Positions 36,890 through 51,069 of a stretch of 64,000 nt of DNA are shown piece after piece. The stretch's first letter is position 1; every line of letters starts with the position of its first letter. The stretch comes from Pseudovirgaria hyperparasitica (taxonomy: Eukaryota): the NCBI GenBank assembly GCA_010093815.1, contig ML996579.1, one strand, 5' to 3'. Both the position numbers and the translations under genes were made by a program. The notes under the pieces are model-generated. The model was not told the DNA's origin and searched no databases. It saw nothing but the letters and a program-made list of their open reading frames with translations.

Positions 36890-39800
36890 TTACTCCTCCA
36901 GCAACGCGCCTAGGATCAGACTTTGCTTGAGGAACTCATCGCTCGCAACCCTGACTACCTTTCCTGCGAGTTTGCCCCTTCGTAGCTCCGGCACGCCTGT
37001 TGTATCTGCCATGAGCTTTTGCTTCCTCGAAGTTCCTTTCGATGCTCCAGTGCGAGCTAAAGATAATCTCGTATCGGGTTCATCCAGAAGAGCCATCACG
37101 GCGTTATCCACCATGTGCTCGTCCGCAAAAATCCAATCGAAATGCTTAGGCCCGTCCCGAGGTGCTGAAACGTCACTGTCGACACCGCGAAGTTTCTTTC
37201 TAGCCTCACTAATATCGCTGACACTCGCCACGCTCACGGCACCTAGCGCCAAGCTCAGGAACCTGTAGGCGCCTAGACGTTCCGCGCTTGCCTTACCTGT
37301 GATGAGTAGAACGGTCTTCTGGTCAAGCAGCATGTCACGTCGCGCCAGGACACTCGACAGATACGCCTCTGGTGCCGTAGGATCGTAGCAAATCGGCGCA
37401 GGCAAAGTGCGGGAGCGTATAGTGCCAAGAAGTCGGCTATGTCCAGCAGGCAACAGGTACGCACCTATCGGAAGAATTCGAGCATGACGTACGCAGTCGT
37501 GTGCCCAGCGAGCGGATAGACATGGGATGCCGAGAGCGAGAGCTTGTATGTACTTTGCGCGATGACCGTGAGTATTCGCGAGAACAGCCACAAATTTGAG
37601 CGAGGCATATCTGTGCTCTAGAATGAACGGTACCGATCCAGGAGTGGGAGAGTCAGGAACGTTGAACATCGACGCCATGTCTGGACCGATGATGCGACCG
37701 CCTTGAGACAAAATCAATCTTTCAAGGGTCTCGCGATCAGTGTCACGGTGCTCTTTATGCGCTCCTGAGGCGAAGGTGATGCCAAAGCCCATCTCAGCGA
37801 AGATCCCGTCATATGTGGGCTCAGGAGTTGGCGCTAGGTGCAGCGCGTCAGATGTTGTAAGCTCCTGATAGTTTCTGGCTGGGCGACGAGAGCGAGACTG
37901 GGGTGATATTGCAGAAATGCTAGCACTGACGGGCGTACCAGGACGTGGGTCCGTGGTGGTACCAGACGTTGCAGCCGAGACAGGATTAAAAAGACGTTCC
38001 TTGAACCGGGGCCACATAGTACTGGTGAGGTAAACATTTGTGAGAGCAACGATGTGGCGTTTAGTCTTCTTGTTATCTGAGATGCTGTCGCGTGCCTTTA
38101 CTTCAAGCACAACTTTTTCGTACCCACATCGATCTGTTAGGGGAAAGGACTTAAGGTCTGTTGCTTGTGCACTAGTGATTCTTCCATTTAGGCCGAGGAC
38201 CACATACGTCTTTTGCCGCATGCCTGTTACGTCAACTTTGACCACATCTCCATGTCGAAGATCGAGACTTCGAACATGCATTCCTTCGACCAGGTCTTGA
38301 GTACCGTCGTCGAAACGAATCTTGTAACGCTTGCCCTCTGATCCGATGCATGTTGCTGGCCAGTAGCTCATGTTACCACCAGGACCACCATTGAACCGCG
38401 CAAAGACGCGGTTCGGTGTGAGAGTGTTATCATCGTCGATATTAAGCTCGGGCTCATTGTCATCTGCGTTCTCGCCAGGAGAGGTCGATCTATGTGGCTC
38501 ACTGTGAGCATTTGGCTTTGCATGCTCAGTCTGAATGAATACCGAGACTTCGTCCGTCTGCGGTAGAGCGTCGGCGCCATCGGAAACAGTAGCCGTCTTG
38601 GATTGAGGAGTCTCAGCTATCGAGGGAGGCCTGCGCTTCTTACCACGACGAGCGGCACTGCCAGAGCCTAGATCTGTAACCACAGGCCTGTTCATTGTCG
38701 GCAAACGACCTGGACCATGCGATACAAGAACAGCCGTTTTTTTCGGTAAAGCAGGCAAACTGAACATTTCCTCATCTTCCTCAACAGTAAGCTGATCAGA
38801 TTGATTAGTGTCTACATCCTCACTCCCATCCCGGGGAGGACTTTTCGATCTGACGAGCGACTCTAAGTTTGCCTTCCGGGGAGAAGGTAGACCCCACGCA
38901 TTGCCTTTCTTTCCATAAACGACACGCCTCCTTTTGGTTGGCCTCTTGGGAGAGCTAGCTGACGTCAGTTCGATGAAGGCCCGGGTATCGGCTGAGATGA
39001 GATCGTCGAAGTCCATGTCTTGTGTGTCGACTTTACCAGGACTCTTGTCAGCGGCAATATCCTTCATGCTCCGCAATGGTGTGAGCTGCGGCGTTTTTTG
39101 ACTGATTTGGGGAGTCTTTTGGCTAAGATAAGATGGCTGGCTGTGGCGCTGGCTACCTGTAGATTTCCTGTTGGGGGATCCAGTTAGATGGGAATGCGCG
39201 GTCTGATATTGCCCTGTGGTATGGCTGTTAGTTCCAGCCTCTCCATTCGGTCTGGAAGATACAAGATTGGAATGGGAGTCCATGGTTGCTTCAGTCGGTG
39301 TAGTAGGGTCTTGGTGGATCCCTTTCAGAAGCTGTGCTTCGTCTACCGCATCGTCCCTGACGTTAACTCTCATTGGTTGTGATGCTCTCCGTCTTGGTCG
39401 TACAGGAGATGATTCTTTCTCAGTAGGAATGTTGTTTGCAAGTGGGTCGACATCATCAACGTCATCTGCTACGGGAGACTTAGTCAATACTTGATCAACA
39501 TTGTCAACATATTTGCCGTTTATGTCCAATTTCAGGATCGGGTCTCGAACGACCAAGTCTTGGGTTTCGACGGAGATTTCGGTGTTCAATATAGGTGGGC
39601 TACTTGGCACTCTGCCAAGAGTATTGGCAACATGCTGCGAGCTATCAAGCGGCGGTGGTTTCGGAAACGAAGAGCTCTTCGTTTTAAGGCGATCTGCGGC
39701 TTGATCTGCCTGACTGGATGTAAGAGATGGCTGAGATTGACCGATTCGCGACCTTGAACCCAGAGAGCTCTCATCAATCAATCGTGCAGGCTTTCGAAGG

Positions 39801-41617
39801 CCGTCTTGTTGCGAACGAGTAGGCTGAGAATCAGCGACGGCCACGGTTTGTGAGCCAGATACTGTTCTTCTTCTTAGGGTTTGTGATGCTTTCTGTGAGA
39901 GCTTACTGGGTGTTTCGTTGTTATTACGATCGAGAGGTGGTGTAGTGGGAGGGCTGCTTTCAAGCTGTTTACCAGATGATATTTTCGGTCGGGACGAAGT
40001 CATAGGAACTTGTACAGAGCGCTGCACTTGCTCCTCGGACTGAGAATGAAAAGAACTTGTTGGTAGGTCGTCTGCTAGCTCATCTTCTGAAGATACGGAA
40101 CTATCGTCCCCATCTGAAATCTCAATCACTTGTCTCGTAGCCTGCCTCTTCAATGATCGACCTGGGGTCACGTAATGAGCCTCGCTCGATATGAGAGATC
40201 GTGTCTTGCGGTGGGAGCTCGTCTGCCTCTGAGGGGCCGTGAGAGAAGCCTCCTGCAAAGCCTGCTTATTGAGCTCAGTCCTTTGCCTTCGACGTTGTGC
40301 CAATCTCTCTTCGCGTGAGAGCATATCATCCGACTCCATATCCGCGTCAGACCGCAAGCGCTCGAGTTCTTCTTCTCTCCTCCTGCGACGCTCTCGCAGC
40401 TCTTGTGACTCTTTCATGGCTAGGTAGGAGTCTCGTGGTTCTGTTGTCGCGCGGGCTGAAACACTCCCAAATTTCTTCACAGGTGACGATGCTGGCCATT
40501 GCATAGGAGACGATCGCGCCTCTCCAAAGTTCGGCGACGGGCGAAGAAAGATAGGGTCTGATTTTAAGTCATTCGCGGTGGGCGTTTCTGCTTGCGTTGC
40601 ATCGAACATCTGCGTCAGCGACACTCCGGTCTTTGACTTTCCAAACGCGTTTCCGAAAGCAGACCCTGGTGTAGTTTTTGTAGCCGACGTGAGGAGTAAA
40701 TCTCCATCATAATTCCTTTTATGGCCTGCAATCGCCGGAGTCTTTGGCACAACGAATTTTGGCGATGAGCTAGGCGGTGAACCTTGCGACATGGAATGCT
40801 GTATGCGAGACTCGGCCTGTGGACTCAGTTCTCCCGCCGTAAGTTCATAACTGGACACATGAACACCATTCACATCATCCCAACTTGTCGGCAGATCGGC
40901 TTCCTGGCTCAAGGCCTCGTCTTCATTGTACAATGGGCCGCCGTCGCTCTCATCCTCTTCCGCATAATTAACCTCATCTGGTTCAATGAAGGGTGCAATT
41001 TCTGAAACGTGTGATTTTGCGTAGTCTTGGAACAGTTGCGACTCGATCGGCTGCGTGTCGCCATTGATATCTTCTATTACACTGAAGGAATTGTACATCT
41101 TGCTCCGCACTTGGCTCGGTGTTTCTTCTACCATGCCCGAAAGACTCGCCGCTGGCGCCGTTTTGATGAGACTGAGCCGCGGTGGACCATGCTTGGCGGC
41201 CAAATTCGAGGCTGTAGTGTGTAAAAGAGCAGCACGGCGCGCTGAGCTAGATGCGCGCGTTACAGCAGTGGGAGAGTGTTCGATGGCGGAGGTCGGTTGG
41301 GAATTGGGAACCGATGACAGGTCTGCATTGTTCGAATGCTCAGACACTTGCATGGAGGCGTATGAGAGCCGCGAATCCGACTGTTAACTCTGTCAGTCGA
41401 CTTTTGATCACTCTGTCATGCAGCATAAGCCTTTTGTTTGCATCGCGGTGGTGCGTGCGGCCCCGGGGAGGTGTTCCGTAAGGTAGCACAATCGATAAGG
41501 CAGCCTAGTCGGGCCGATAGAATACGCATATGGAGATGAATTACTTACATCAAGCAGTGCATGCCGAATAGCTGAAAGAATATCTGATGATACTGTATTC
41601 GCCTGGGAGGCCATCAT
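36890..41617 (-). CDS. RAD9: DNA damage checkpoint mediator Rad9/Crb2 (53BP1-like); 2 exons (41617-41549, 41380-36890)
   Basis: Long disordered region rich in SQ/TQ and SP/TP; tandem Tudor-like region (NRVFARFNG..SYWPATC..IRFDDGT..LDLRHGDVVKVD); BRCT region (GIFAEMGFGIT, ILSQGGRII, KYIQALALGIPCLSARWAHDC, SDEFLKQSLILG). Confidence 0.88.
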
Positions 41618-43869
41618 CGCGTTAATTTCATGGAAAGATGAAGACTTTGAACGTGGTGGACCGAGTATGTCATTTTTAATTAGGCGCGTACGTGAACCAA
41701 GAAAAAAGGCACGAAATAGACGCGACAGCACGTGCTATATCTATACTGATATCCAATCAAATGTCATCTCCAATGCTTAGCGTGCTCGCTCTCGCCATTT
41801 GTCTTCACCTCAGCTCTTATACTCCCAGATGCAGTATTACCTGCCGGCTATCCACACATTTTAAACAATCATATATCAAACTGCTCGCTATCCCGAGCGC
41901 CACTAGAAATACTTATTGCCGTCGTGTAAAGCGCACCAAAGCATGATAGACAACATACGTTTGCTGCATGCAGGAAACGTTTCATCGCACACACAGGGCC
42001 TGGAAGGAAAAACTAAGAACCACGAAGATATTCTGACGGAGAACTCCATCTATCTACATCTAAAACTACCATTGGTCTACTCGCCTTTGATAACATCCTC
42101 CGGAGTCAGCAATAACAAGTCCTGTCCGCTTGGCAGTCATTCTTTGTAGTCCTAAGAGACTCAATGGTACCTAGTGTGTTGACCATACAATCTTCGCAAG
42201 ATCATGACTCAAATCTTCAAAGAACTGCAAGTGACGAACCTTGCTGCGGTCATAAGTGGAGTCTTGAGCGAGCTCTTCACGGTTCGTTGTGCCTTTAGCT
42301 ACCTGCGCAACCGCCGTGAGACTTAGACATTCTTCTCGGACGCGGTTTGCTAGCTCTTCTAGGCGACGCTGCCGTTGTCACCAAAGGTCTCTGCGTCGTT
42401 GGGTAGGACGTCCGACATTACGGAGACTGGAAGATGTTGGCAAAGGCGGAGCCATCAGTGCCAGTGGCTGCGTAGACAATTGACCTAGTTCTTAGAATCT
42501 CGGCTGTTAGATCCTCGCAAGTCGTTTCTATTCGAAACTTCGCCTACGCGAGATAATACCGACTCTCGAGCTCCCGTGGGTACTGGACCATGTATGTTGT
42601 GGAAGCCGACACCTCTGCTGCCACCGGCGATTAAAGCCGACTTTACCTGTCAAGTATGGGACAACTACGGCTCTGCCTAATGCTTCGTAGACTCTGTCGT
42701 GATTTGCGATGAAGATGCCTTGTTGATCACAGAAATTTACCGATGTGAAACTATGATGACAGTCTGTTTGATAGGATGTAGCGGGTTATCCTTATTCTTC
42801 TTATGTCCACGACCATTTCTTATACGAATCGTCAGTCCCGCACACTCCTGATAGGTCTTCCCAACAATGTGAGAGCGGAATGCAAGGCATTTCAGACCTC
42901 TTCTTTCATGGATATCCGATCATGATTCTGGCGTACTCACAAGTACTGCGCGTTATTCACTCGTAAGTCTCACTCGACTCACTTGTGCTCCATGAAGTGT
43001 GATTTACGCCTCTAATACCTGACACCACCAAGAGTAGAATCTTGTGAGATCACAAGTTTTATGAACTGTTCAGGTACAACTCAATTAAAATACCGCATTC
43101 AAACGCTAGTGTAATGATGGCTACCTCTCGTGTATCCTTATGCATAGAGCCGTTCGTACGAAACGCATGTCCGCGTAGCTTAGCCTAATCTGAAAGGCGA
43201 TTTCCCTAAGTTCTTCATAAATACCGACAGTTTAATGCTCATCAGCAAGATTATGTTTCTCTCATAATCTTACACCGTATACTTCATACTGTTGTGTCTA
43301 CGATAGTCTGCTAGATGACTTCGCAAATCCCGTTGATAGAGCATTTAGATCCAATCTTTGTTATTGAATCCAGATAGAGAGACATTGAAATGTGCCTGGA
43401 TCGCTCAATCAGTCGTGATCTAAATATATGAGGTTGCAGATTACAAATCCGGACACTACTATTTTAGCACTTCGTGTCTCGTACGTATCATGAACGATTG
43501 TCGGTGACCTTCGCCATTTGAACCGTGGTCCCCGTTGTTTATGACTATCCGCTAGATTTCTATATTAGCGCATTTCAATGTCTCGCCATATGTGATTAGA
43601 CCAGACTAGGGTGAATGATTCTGTCCAGGGATTGTATTATCAGTCGAAGTGTCCCGCCCGAATATACGTTGAACCACTCATCAAATAGTCATTCGGCAAA
43701 CTCATGTACTCGTAAAAGGTGGGTTGTAAAAGATTGTACCTGGGAATCATGTCAGACCACACGTGGAACTACGCCTCGCTTGTGGTAGTCATTCCTGGCT
43801 GACACTTTGGTTCAAAGTAGTGTCGTTCGTGCAACTGTATCCATGACACTCAGATCCAAATCTTAGGCT

Positions 43870-44954
43870 ATATTAGCATCTTATGGTCTATCTGGCAGAA
43901 AGATTCGTATGCTATACGTTCTGATGATCATTTTTCCTTGAACAATGAAGCTTCCGGCTCCAGCCTCCACCTGTAAGACGAGCAACCAGGAAGAGGTCAA
44001 TACCAAACGGTGGCTATGTGGAATCAGTCTATGGTGGGCGCTTGCCAACGGCACTGAGTGAGTCCGCTTCACTCTTGGCCTCTTCGATGATATCCTGAAA
44101 TATATCGAAATCAGTGCTAATATCATGTTAGAGACGGCCGTCTCTTTATATTTTTAATCTAGGGTGATGCACGTTGGTGTCGGACTCACCAGACGTGTGC
44201 AGGCTGTAGCGGATCAACTCAATCAATGTGCCGCACTCAGCACCTCATGTGTGTGTCTGGTAAGTGGGAGCTACCTATGGTCGCAAAGAGCTTCTTAGAC
44301 AGGCTTAAGCAGGTAAGGCAATTCTGTCAAGCAGCAGCCTCTACTAGGTCCATATCTTGAGGGTGTCCAGCTTCTCGGGCTCTGTAGGTTTATGTGAGAT
44401 CAGGCTGAAATGATTAGCATGGAGGGACAGTGTAGATTAGGGGATTTACGGGACCAAAGATCAAGAATCCCTCGAGAAGTACAATCTACAAGGCAGAATC
44501 AAGGCCGAGCCATGTAAAGATATCATTAATCAGGTTCTCCTAAATTCGAAACTCGCAATGGCGCACTCAACACCATCGTAGACACTTTCGAGTATTCATT
44601 TTCTCTCAGCACGTTTATGGCCAGAATATGGATTACCACCATCATCATGTGGTTATTCTCGCAGCTTAAGGCGACTTCCCACGCTTGGGTGATTCCATCC
44701 GAGCATCCCAAAGGACCACCTCTTCAATCGCCTTGTCGAAAACCTTTGTGCTTCAATTGCTTTCTCGATTTGTTACAGATCACCTTGTAGCTACTAGTCA
44801 TCTTCTGCATCTCATTGATCAAATCTTTATGCTCTTCCGCGAGGCCAGCCAAAGCTCTATTTTCCAGTCTAACGCCCTTGCTCCAAACGACTCCCTGGTT
44901 GGTAACTCTTGTGCCAGCTTCCGGAATAACATGCGGCTCATTGAAAGTACTCAT
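43870..44954 (-). pseudogene. Possible decayed intron-containing gene of unknown family
   Basis: TATA-like run at ~45020; ATG 44954 with a 76-codon frame; a well-formed intron ~44449-44405 (GTAAAT..GCTAAT..TTTCAG); then a protein-like frame broken mostly by TAG/TAA. Confidence 0.25.
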
Positions 44955-45933
44955 GTAGTACTGTCTACCAACCTTGCACTTGCCGTATCGCTCACTGCTT
45001 TGTCAGTGTGCGTAAGATATATTTATATATATTCATACTAGAGCTTATATCCTTTCATATTAAAGATATTCATAAAGTAAAGGACAGCCCATAGAAGCTG
45101 TGTCTTGTCTCAGGTACGTAGACAAGAATCTTCGGGAAGATTTCGAACGCCGAGCGGCTGGTAGATGCGGTAAGAGAATTGGAGAGGGATATATAACTCG
45201 CTATGCATGTATATTCATGAAGTCACTACCGAGTTATTTCGCCGGTCGTAGAATAGGGATGAATCACTTACATGGTTCTCTATCATCATGTCCTATGCTA
45301 GTTTCTCTTAGATATATCGTCGGAATCGATATGAAGTTAAGGGAGAGCCGTAAGCTTCGACGTTGAAGCCATGAATTAGACAATTCCTTTTGATGTGAGT
45401 AGGCCAATAGGGTAACATAGGTATTTAGAATACGTTGATAGGTTAGGGACAATTCGAAGGTTAGATCCATGCATTAACATATGATCCCTTGGTTCAGCAA
45501 AATGTCATTTGTGCGAGACCTGTACAGGGTACAAGGTATGGTAATCCAGTTCCACTTACCAAAGTGTTGATGACAGACCACGGTACAAGATCGCTTCCTC
45601 CATATCTTCACAACAACCCAGGCCCACTTTCTCAAATTCTCTTCTAGTTTCATTCATCATCTATTAACATTCATCTGCCTCCTAATTCTCGGAAGTCAGA
45701 TCTCGATCATACACGCTTGCTAGTGACAATGATGCAGTCTACAAGTTCGAGGTTCTATGGTGTAAGCTAGGCCCAGTCGCAGCCAGTTCTTCCTCGTGGT
45801 CTAATGCCGTTATCAAGAGTTCTACAGCTAAGAGTGCTTCGTCTCACCTGGTCGAAAATGCCCTCCCCATGGCAATGGAACCCGAATACGACCATGACGA
45901 AGCAATAGGAAGCATGCGGTCCACAACGCTCGT

Positions 45934-46386
45934 ATGGCAGGAGTCCGGAACAGTGACCAAGCAGCCTCGAACCGCCGACACCCAACTCGCTCCACCAACA
46001 GTCCATATCACCCCAGTCGCGGCTCGTACAGGCAGTCTAGCTATTTTAACGCAATTCGAAGACGCCGTGAAGCACTTTCACGCTCTCCACCGGCAGACCG
46101 ACGCATTGCCAGACAAGAAGACAATCAAGAAAGGCCAAGATCTCCACCGAATGATCGTAGGGTCCCGAGGGACGAGCTTCTAACATACTTCAATCTGTCT
46201 GAAGGAGCTCGCTATGATAACAGGACTCAGATTGACTGCCACCCTGTGGCTGATGTCGATATGCGTCTTGAAATTCAACGACTTGAAGCTTGTTATGCAC
46301 ACTGCGTCCGTAAGGCAGAGAAATACCGGCTCAAGGCTCTAGAGATGGAGCAGACCTTAGCCAGGATGAGATACCAGGAACGGTGA
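45934..46386 (+). CDS. Hypothetical orphan protein, Arg-rich with C-terminal coiled-coil-like segment; gene model uncertain
   Basis: 150-codon ORF ending DMRLEIQRLEACYAHCVRKAEKYRLKALEMEQTLARMRYQER. It competes with the overlapping frame 45869-46183. Confidence 0.35.
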   Translation: MAGVRNSDQAASNRRHPTRSTNSPYHPSRGSYRQSSYFNAIRRRREALSRSPPADRRIARQEDNQERPRSPPNDRRVPRDELLTYFNLSEGARYDNRTQIDCHPVADVDMRLEIQRLEACYAHCVRKAEKYRLKALEMEQTLARMRYQER

Positions 46387-47012
46387 GCTTTCAAGAGACA
46401 ACGCGAGGACGAGTATGATACTTACACCATATTGGGAAGCATCACGACCAGATCAGAACGATCCCTGTAAGAAAAGCGCGGAGTGAACGAAAAGATCCCT
46501 GAGTTTCAACGGCGATAGATGTTGTTTAGGCATCATCCTAGGAAGAGACTCTGTCGCCCTGATGGAGGCAGATAGTGGACTTAGTAGCGGCCCCTGAGAG
46601 GCTGAGTGATGAACGTCTATGTAGACATTGCCACTGAGCTCATTATGTATAAATAAGAATGTGTAGGAACCTATGAAATACATTATACTGGAGAATCAGC
46701 AATTGCACTCAAAAATATGCACTAAATGATTCATAGACACTCAACTGCTGAAGAGCAGTCGCAACAGTATCGAGGCTCAGACGGAATTCCCTACGGTTTT
46801 ACCGCACAGGCGTCACTGATGATATGATGGCATGAAATTTATTAATTCAATGTTCTGAGCAATGCTGTGTGCGGCATGTACCCTGTCAGTTGCAATTTAC
46901 CGACTTGCTGCACAATGAACAACGTCCATGTTCACTCTGTCTACGCCCCAAATGGATTTACTGACACGAACACGCACTTTTGTCGTTTGATTTTCTGTTT
47001 TCCGCTTCTCGA

Positions 47013-47070
47013 CTCTGCAAACTCCAGCTCTACAAACTTTAGCTCTGCAAATTCTAGCTCTGTCAATTTC
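47013..47070. repeat. 15-bp minisatellite, ~4 copies
   Basis: ctctgcaaactccag / ctctacaaactttag / ctctgcaaattctag / ctctgtcaatttc, ending 25 bp before ATG 47096. Confidence 0.75.
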
Positions 47071-47095
47071 GCACCGATAACTTAATATCACAACG

Positions 47096-48714
47096 ATGCC
47101 CGCGGGATTTACTTCGATCGTATGTAGATGCACGCTCTTCTATATCTGTTAGCTAATGTGTTACACTAGAACAAGGGCGTCTCTAGACTTCCAAACTCCT
47201 CCACAAGTCCAGATGCCGCCTCCCCTCAAAGCCTAATGTCCGATGAGGTCGTCTCCCCTGTCCAAGACGATGAATCACCATCGGCACAGAAAGCCGCTAG
47301 AATGCTGGTCGACAAGAAAAATCCCACAGGTCAGGGTGTATTAGGAGCGGCCTCGAGTCGTTCAGATCTGTGCGTAAGTGGTAGCCAAAGCGATTCAGAA
47401 GAGTCAAACGAAAGCACTTTTGCCTCGAGCGTTCGTAGACGCCTCTATACGATTCGTAACACTCATGTACAGAATCATGATACTAGACTAACGGAGTCAT
47501 TCTACGGTTAGTCCCACCATGAGAGCGAAGTCAAGGTCCATGATACTGATTATAAAGGCCCCGAACCTCATCTCCATTCGATACAAGGCTCTTTCGAAGG
47601 CCTCAATCCCATAGATCTATCTCCTTCATCCGCTCCGGCAGACGGAAGAAACGCTACTCCTAATGATATCCCAGACCTTGATGAAGAGTCGAGTCCTCCG
47701 GCTTCGGGTGCAACAACTATAAGCTGGACAACACCGCTTTCCCGACAGAGATCATACCAACAGCCTCTCACGGAAGCGAATCTCATGGGCTTGTACAGGC
47801 CATCAAAATGTGACAGCCCTGAACCGAGTATTGAGGAAGAGCTCGAATGGGATACTGTTCGCAGGCAAGGAGGACTTGAAGAGCGCCTCCAAGGCCTACG
47901 GAACGAAACCAATACCTTACGTCGTTCGACTCCTTTCTTGGCACCCCAATATGAATATGAGATGCGAGACAAAAGCGATTTCAGTGAGGACCATCGTACA
48001 TCTCCTCGATCTGAACGCCCATATCCCTCCGATGAGGATAATCTGTACACTGAAGGCGCAGATACATCTCGACTACAGACAACATTGAATTCAAACAGCT
48101 ACATAGGATTGGATGAGCAAGGCCAACAGCCGGTGTTTGGGGGACCCCGGAACATGTTCTCGTCTAACAGGATGGACACGACGAGTACTATACCACAATC
48201 TGCCCTCACACATGGTCTCCAGGCCAACGATGAGGCATTTTTGGCTAATGGCGCCCGTCAGACTGCTCGACGAGCTGACATGATGAGCACTTCCCATTGG
48301 CAGCGCCCAAGCCTTCTGCCGCAACTACATGGTCTACCGGATGTTGCCCAGCAGTCACGTCAAGGACGCCCCAATTCAGTGAATGCTCCTAATTCCTTGG
48401 ACATTAGACGCCATGAGGACGTTGCGATCCTACCCAACCACTATGCTAGAGACCTGGCCGATACGGCCAACAGCTTGCGTCGGGAATGGAACAGCGATGA
48501 GTTGCCCAGTGTGGCACTTGCGCACTTCCACCTTTCCAGAGTCTATCTGGCGGACGCAGAATGGGGGCTCGAACAGAGAATGAAGGAGGAACCAAACAGT
48601 GGACGGGGAACAAAGCGTAGGCACAGTGAGATCCGTGGTGAGGAGGAGGCCGAGGAGGATGAGGACAGTTTGGTAGGAGAAGACTCGCGGAGGAAGAAGT
48701 CTTACAGAAAATGA
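47096..48714 (+). CDS. Hypothetical disordered, probably nuclear protein; 3 exons (47096-47119, 47170-47430, 47512-48714)
   Basis: Introns 47120-47169 (GTATGT..GCTAAT..TAG) and 47431-47511 (GTTCGT..ACTAAC..TAG) join ORFs 47236 and 47785 in frame. C-terminal basic NLS-like GTKRRH and RRKKSYRK. Confidence 0.6.
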
Positions 48715-51038
48715 TAGCCCTGAGGCCTGCAAGTACTACCTGTGGCCTAGGTATCGATACTCTGCAGATGCCTACCAGAACTATACTCCTGCGGAAGCCT
48801 TTGGGTATATGGGAGGCACATCATGGGCGAAAATGACGTAGCGTCTGTACAATATCATTAGGAGTTCAACACAATGGCATTAGGTTTCAAATAAAACTTT
48901 GAGAAGATGACCAACAGTGAGAATGGGTCTTATGTGTGTTGCAATCATGCATGAAGTCTTGGACAGGGGCAGGGGCGAATCTTAACATCTTCATCAGTAC
49001 TAAGCAGCTGATCAGGGATCGTCATCCCAAGCCGAGGGTACCAATTCACAGCGAAAGCAGAATGTGATACACCTAATATCAAAGAGAGCTCGAATGCCAT
49101 GGCGACGATCAACGAAAATCTGGACTATCGACACATGGGACAATCAATGTAGGGTAGTCGCGCGATTGACATGCTGGACTCGCCAACTGATGTTGACCTC
49201 TGCATATTTCATAAGCCGCTTTGCGACAATGGAAGCTGGACAAGATATCCACTTCACTCCAGAACCATCTATTCCGATGCTGTGTAATGGGCCAATAGCC
49301 AGGGGTTTCGTCTCAGGAATCTTCCGTGCATCTACATATCGCGGCGGGTCGCCAGGGCTGGGTGAGCACGGTACAGGGTCTGAATACTGGGTGGTATGTG
49401 GGACTGCGCAAGAGGAAGACTTTCCTCTCACGGACCATGTGTTAATGTTGTGGAGCAGAGGATCCATCAATTCATGGAGTATGGATGGATCCGATCCATT
49501 TGCTCCTGCCGTGGTTCTCTACTCCCTCCAAGCCACCATCGATGTCGGCACTTGACCACGACAGCCAGGCGTCATCAGGTTGATTAATATTCGTAGTCAC
49601 CTTTCCCTACGGCTCGACTATCAATGGCTAGTAGATGGCTATTGACGCGTTACTGGGACATGCCTCGGGAGGTCCCTCCCTTTGGGTGCGTCAGAAACGC
49701 TGCCCCGCTTAGTTCTGTAGCGGTCCGCCAGTCTTCGTCGGCCACCGAACATGGACAACGAACTAACAACAGCATAAAGCCACAGAACACTCGAAATGCC
49801 TGTTCTTGTCAAGCGTCAGCGCAAATATCCATCAGAGTTGCTCGAACCTATTCAGGAAGGAGATCTGCGGAAAGCGCAAACACCCAGAGCGAAAACGTGG
49901 AAATCCTTTTCTCTTGCGTTTGTGCGTGCGTACCACTGGCTAGGCACAGTCTGGAACCTTTCTCGAGTCTACAGTACACCGTGGCTCATTCGTGCATCGC
50001 TATTTTTGTTGTTACACTATTGGGGCAAGTCAAGATAAATCGTACCATCAACACTAGATTCAAGAGTGACCCGTAAGCCATGAGCCGTAACAGAGTGAAT
50101 GCTCTATCACGACTTTACCTTCTGACTCATGGCAGCGGTGGCTTGAGATCGTAGCATGGATCAATGGATTCGAATGCCCTTCATCCTTGCCATGAGCGTG
50201 AGCGCCTCTTGAACGCCACTACGATGCAAACCGGAAGGGGGCACAACACTGATGGCTGAAATGCCATGGCGCCCTCGGCGACTGACTGAAGAGGCTTGGA
50301 GGGCCTTCCGTAAGAGGCGCTTCGCCTTACGACAGTTCCAATCAGACAAATAGCCTTCGTTTTACTTTGTCTCAGAACAGCTTGTGGAAGCGAGGCAAAT
50401 AGTATGATGAGTTTGCATGCGAAGCGATACGATCGACGATCTTATGGAGGGTCGACCTATTCAGCACCTATTAGCAACTTCATGTTCGTTGAAATCCTGC
50501 TGTCAATACTTGTGTGTGGTCTTCGTCTCGATATTCTAAACACAGCAGCACCACCCCAGAAACAGCCAGCTACGTAGCGTGGACCACTAAGGTGGCCTAA
50601 ATTTATAGTGTTTATACAGGCCAATGATGACGAGGATATTGTCTGCAGTTCCTCGGTAAGTATCCCTACGATGCGGAAGGCTGCTGTTTGGGATGCGGAG
50701 AAATGTACCCTGTGGTGGACTTGGGGCTGCACCACGACTGGAAATAGAAGAGGCTTAAGCCATCCATTGCGGCGTAACATCCATCTCTGGCTCGTAATTG
50801 GGGTACACACGGTTTGGTCATCTTTTGTCTTCTGTTCCCCACTCTATTATCCTCTTGGGGCTAATACCTTCATATTTAGAATGTACGGAAATGTCCTGTA
50901 TGTGGCTCTAATTATTTCGTCACCGGCTTACCTCTCTACATATCGCAAAGAAGGGCTTATCGGGCATGTCGCCTCATTGGTCCTGACATCCTGTATATCA
51001 CTGTCAAGCGCCGTACACTACACTAATTTGACCATTCA

Positions 51039-51069
51039 ATGCTCGATGCTCGATGCTCGATGCTCGATG
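51039..51069. repeat. (ATGCTCG)4 tandem repeat
   Basis: Four perfect 7-mers plus ATG, ~260 bp upstream of the peroxidase start. Confidence 0.85.
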
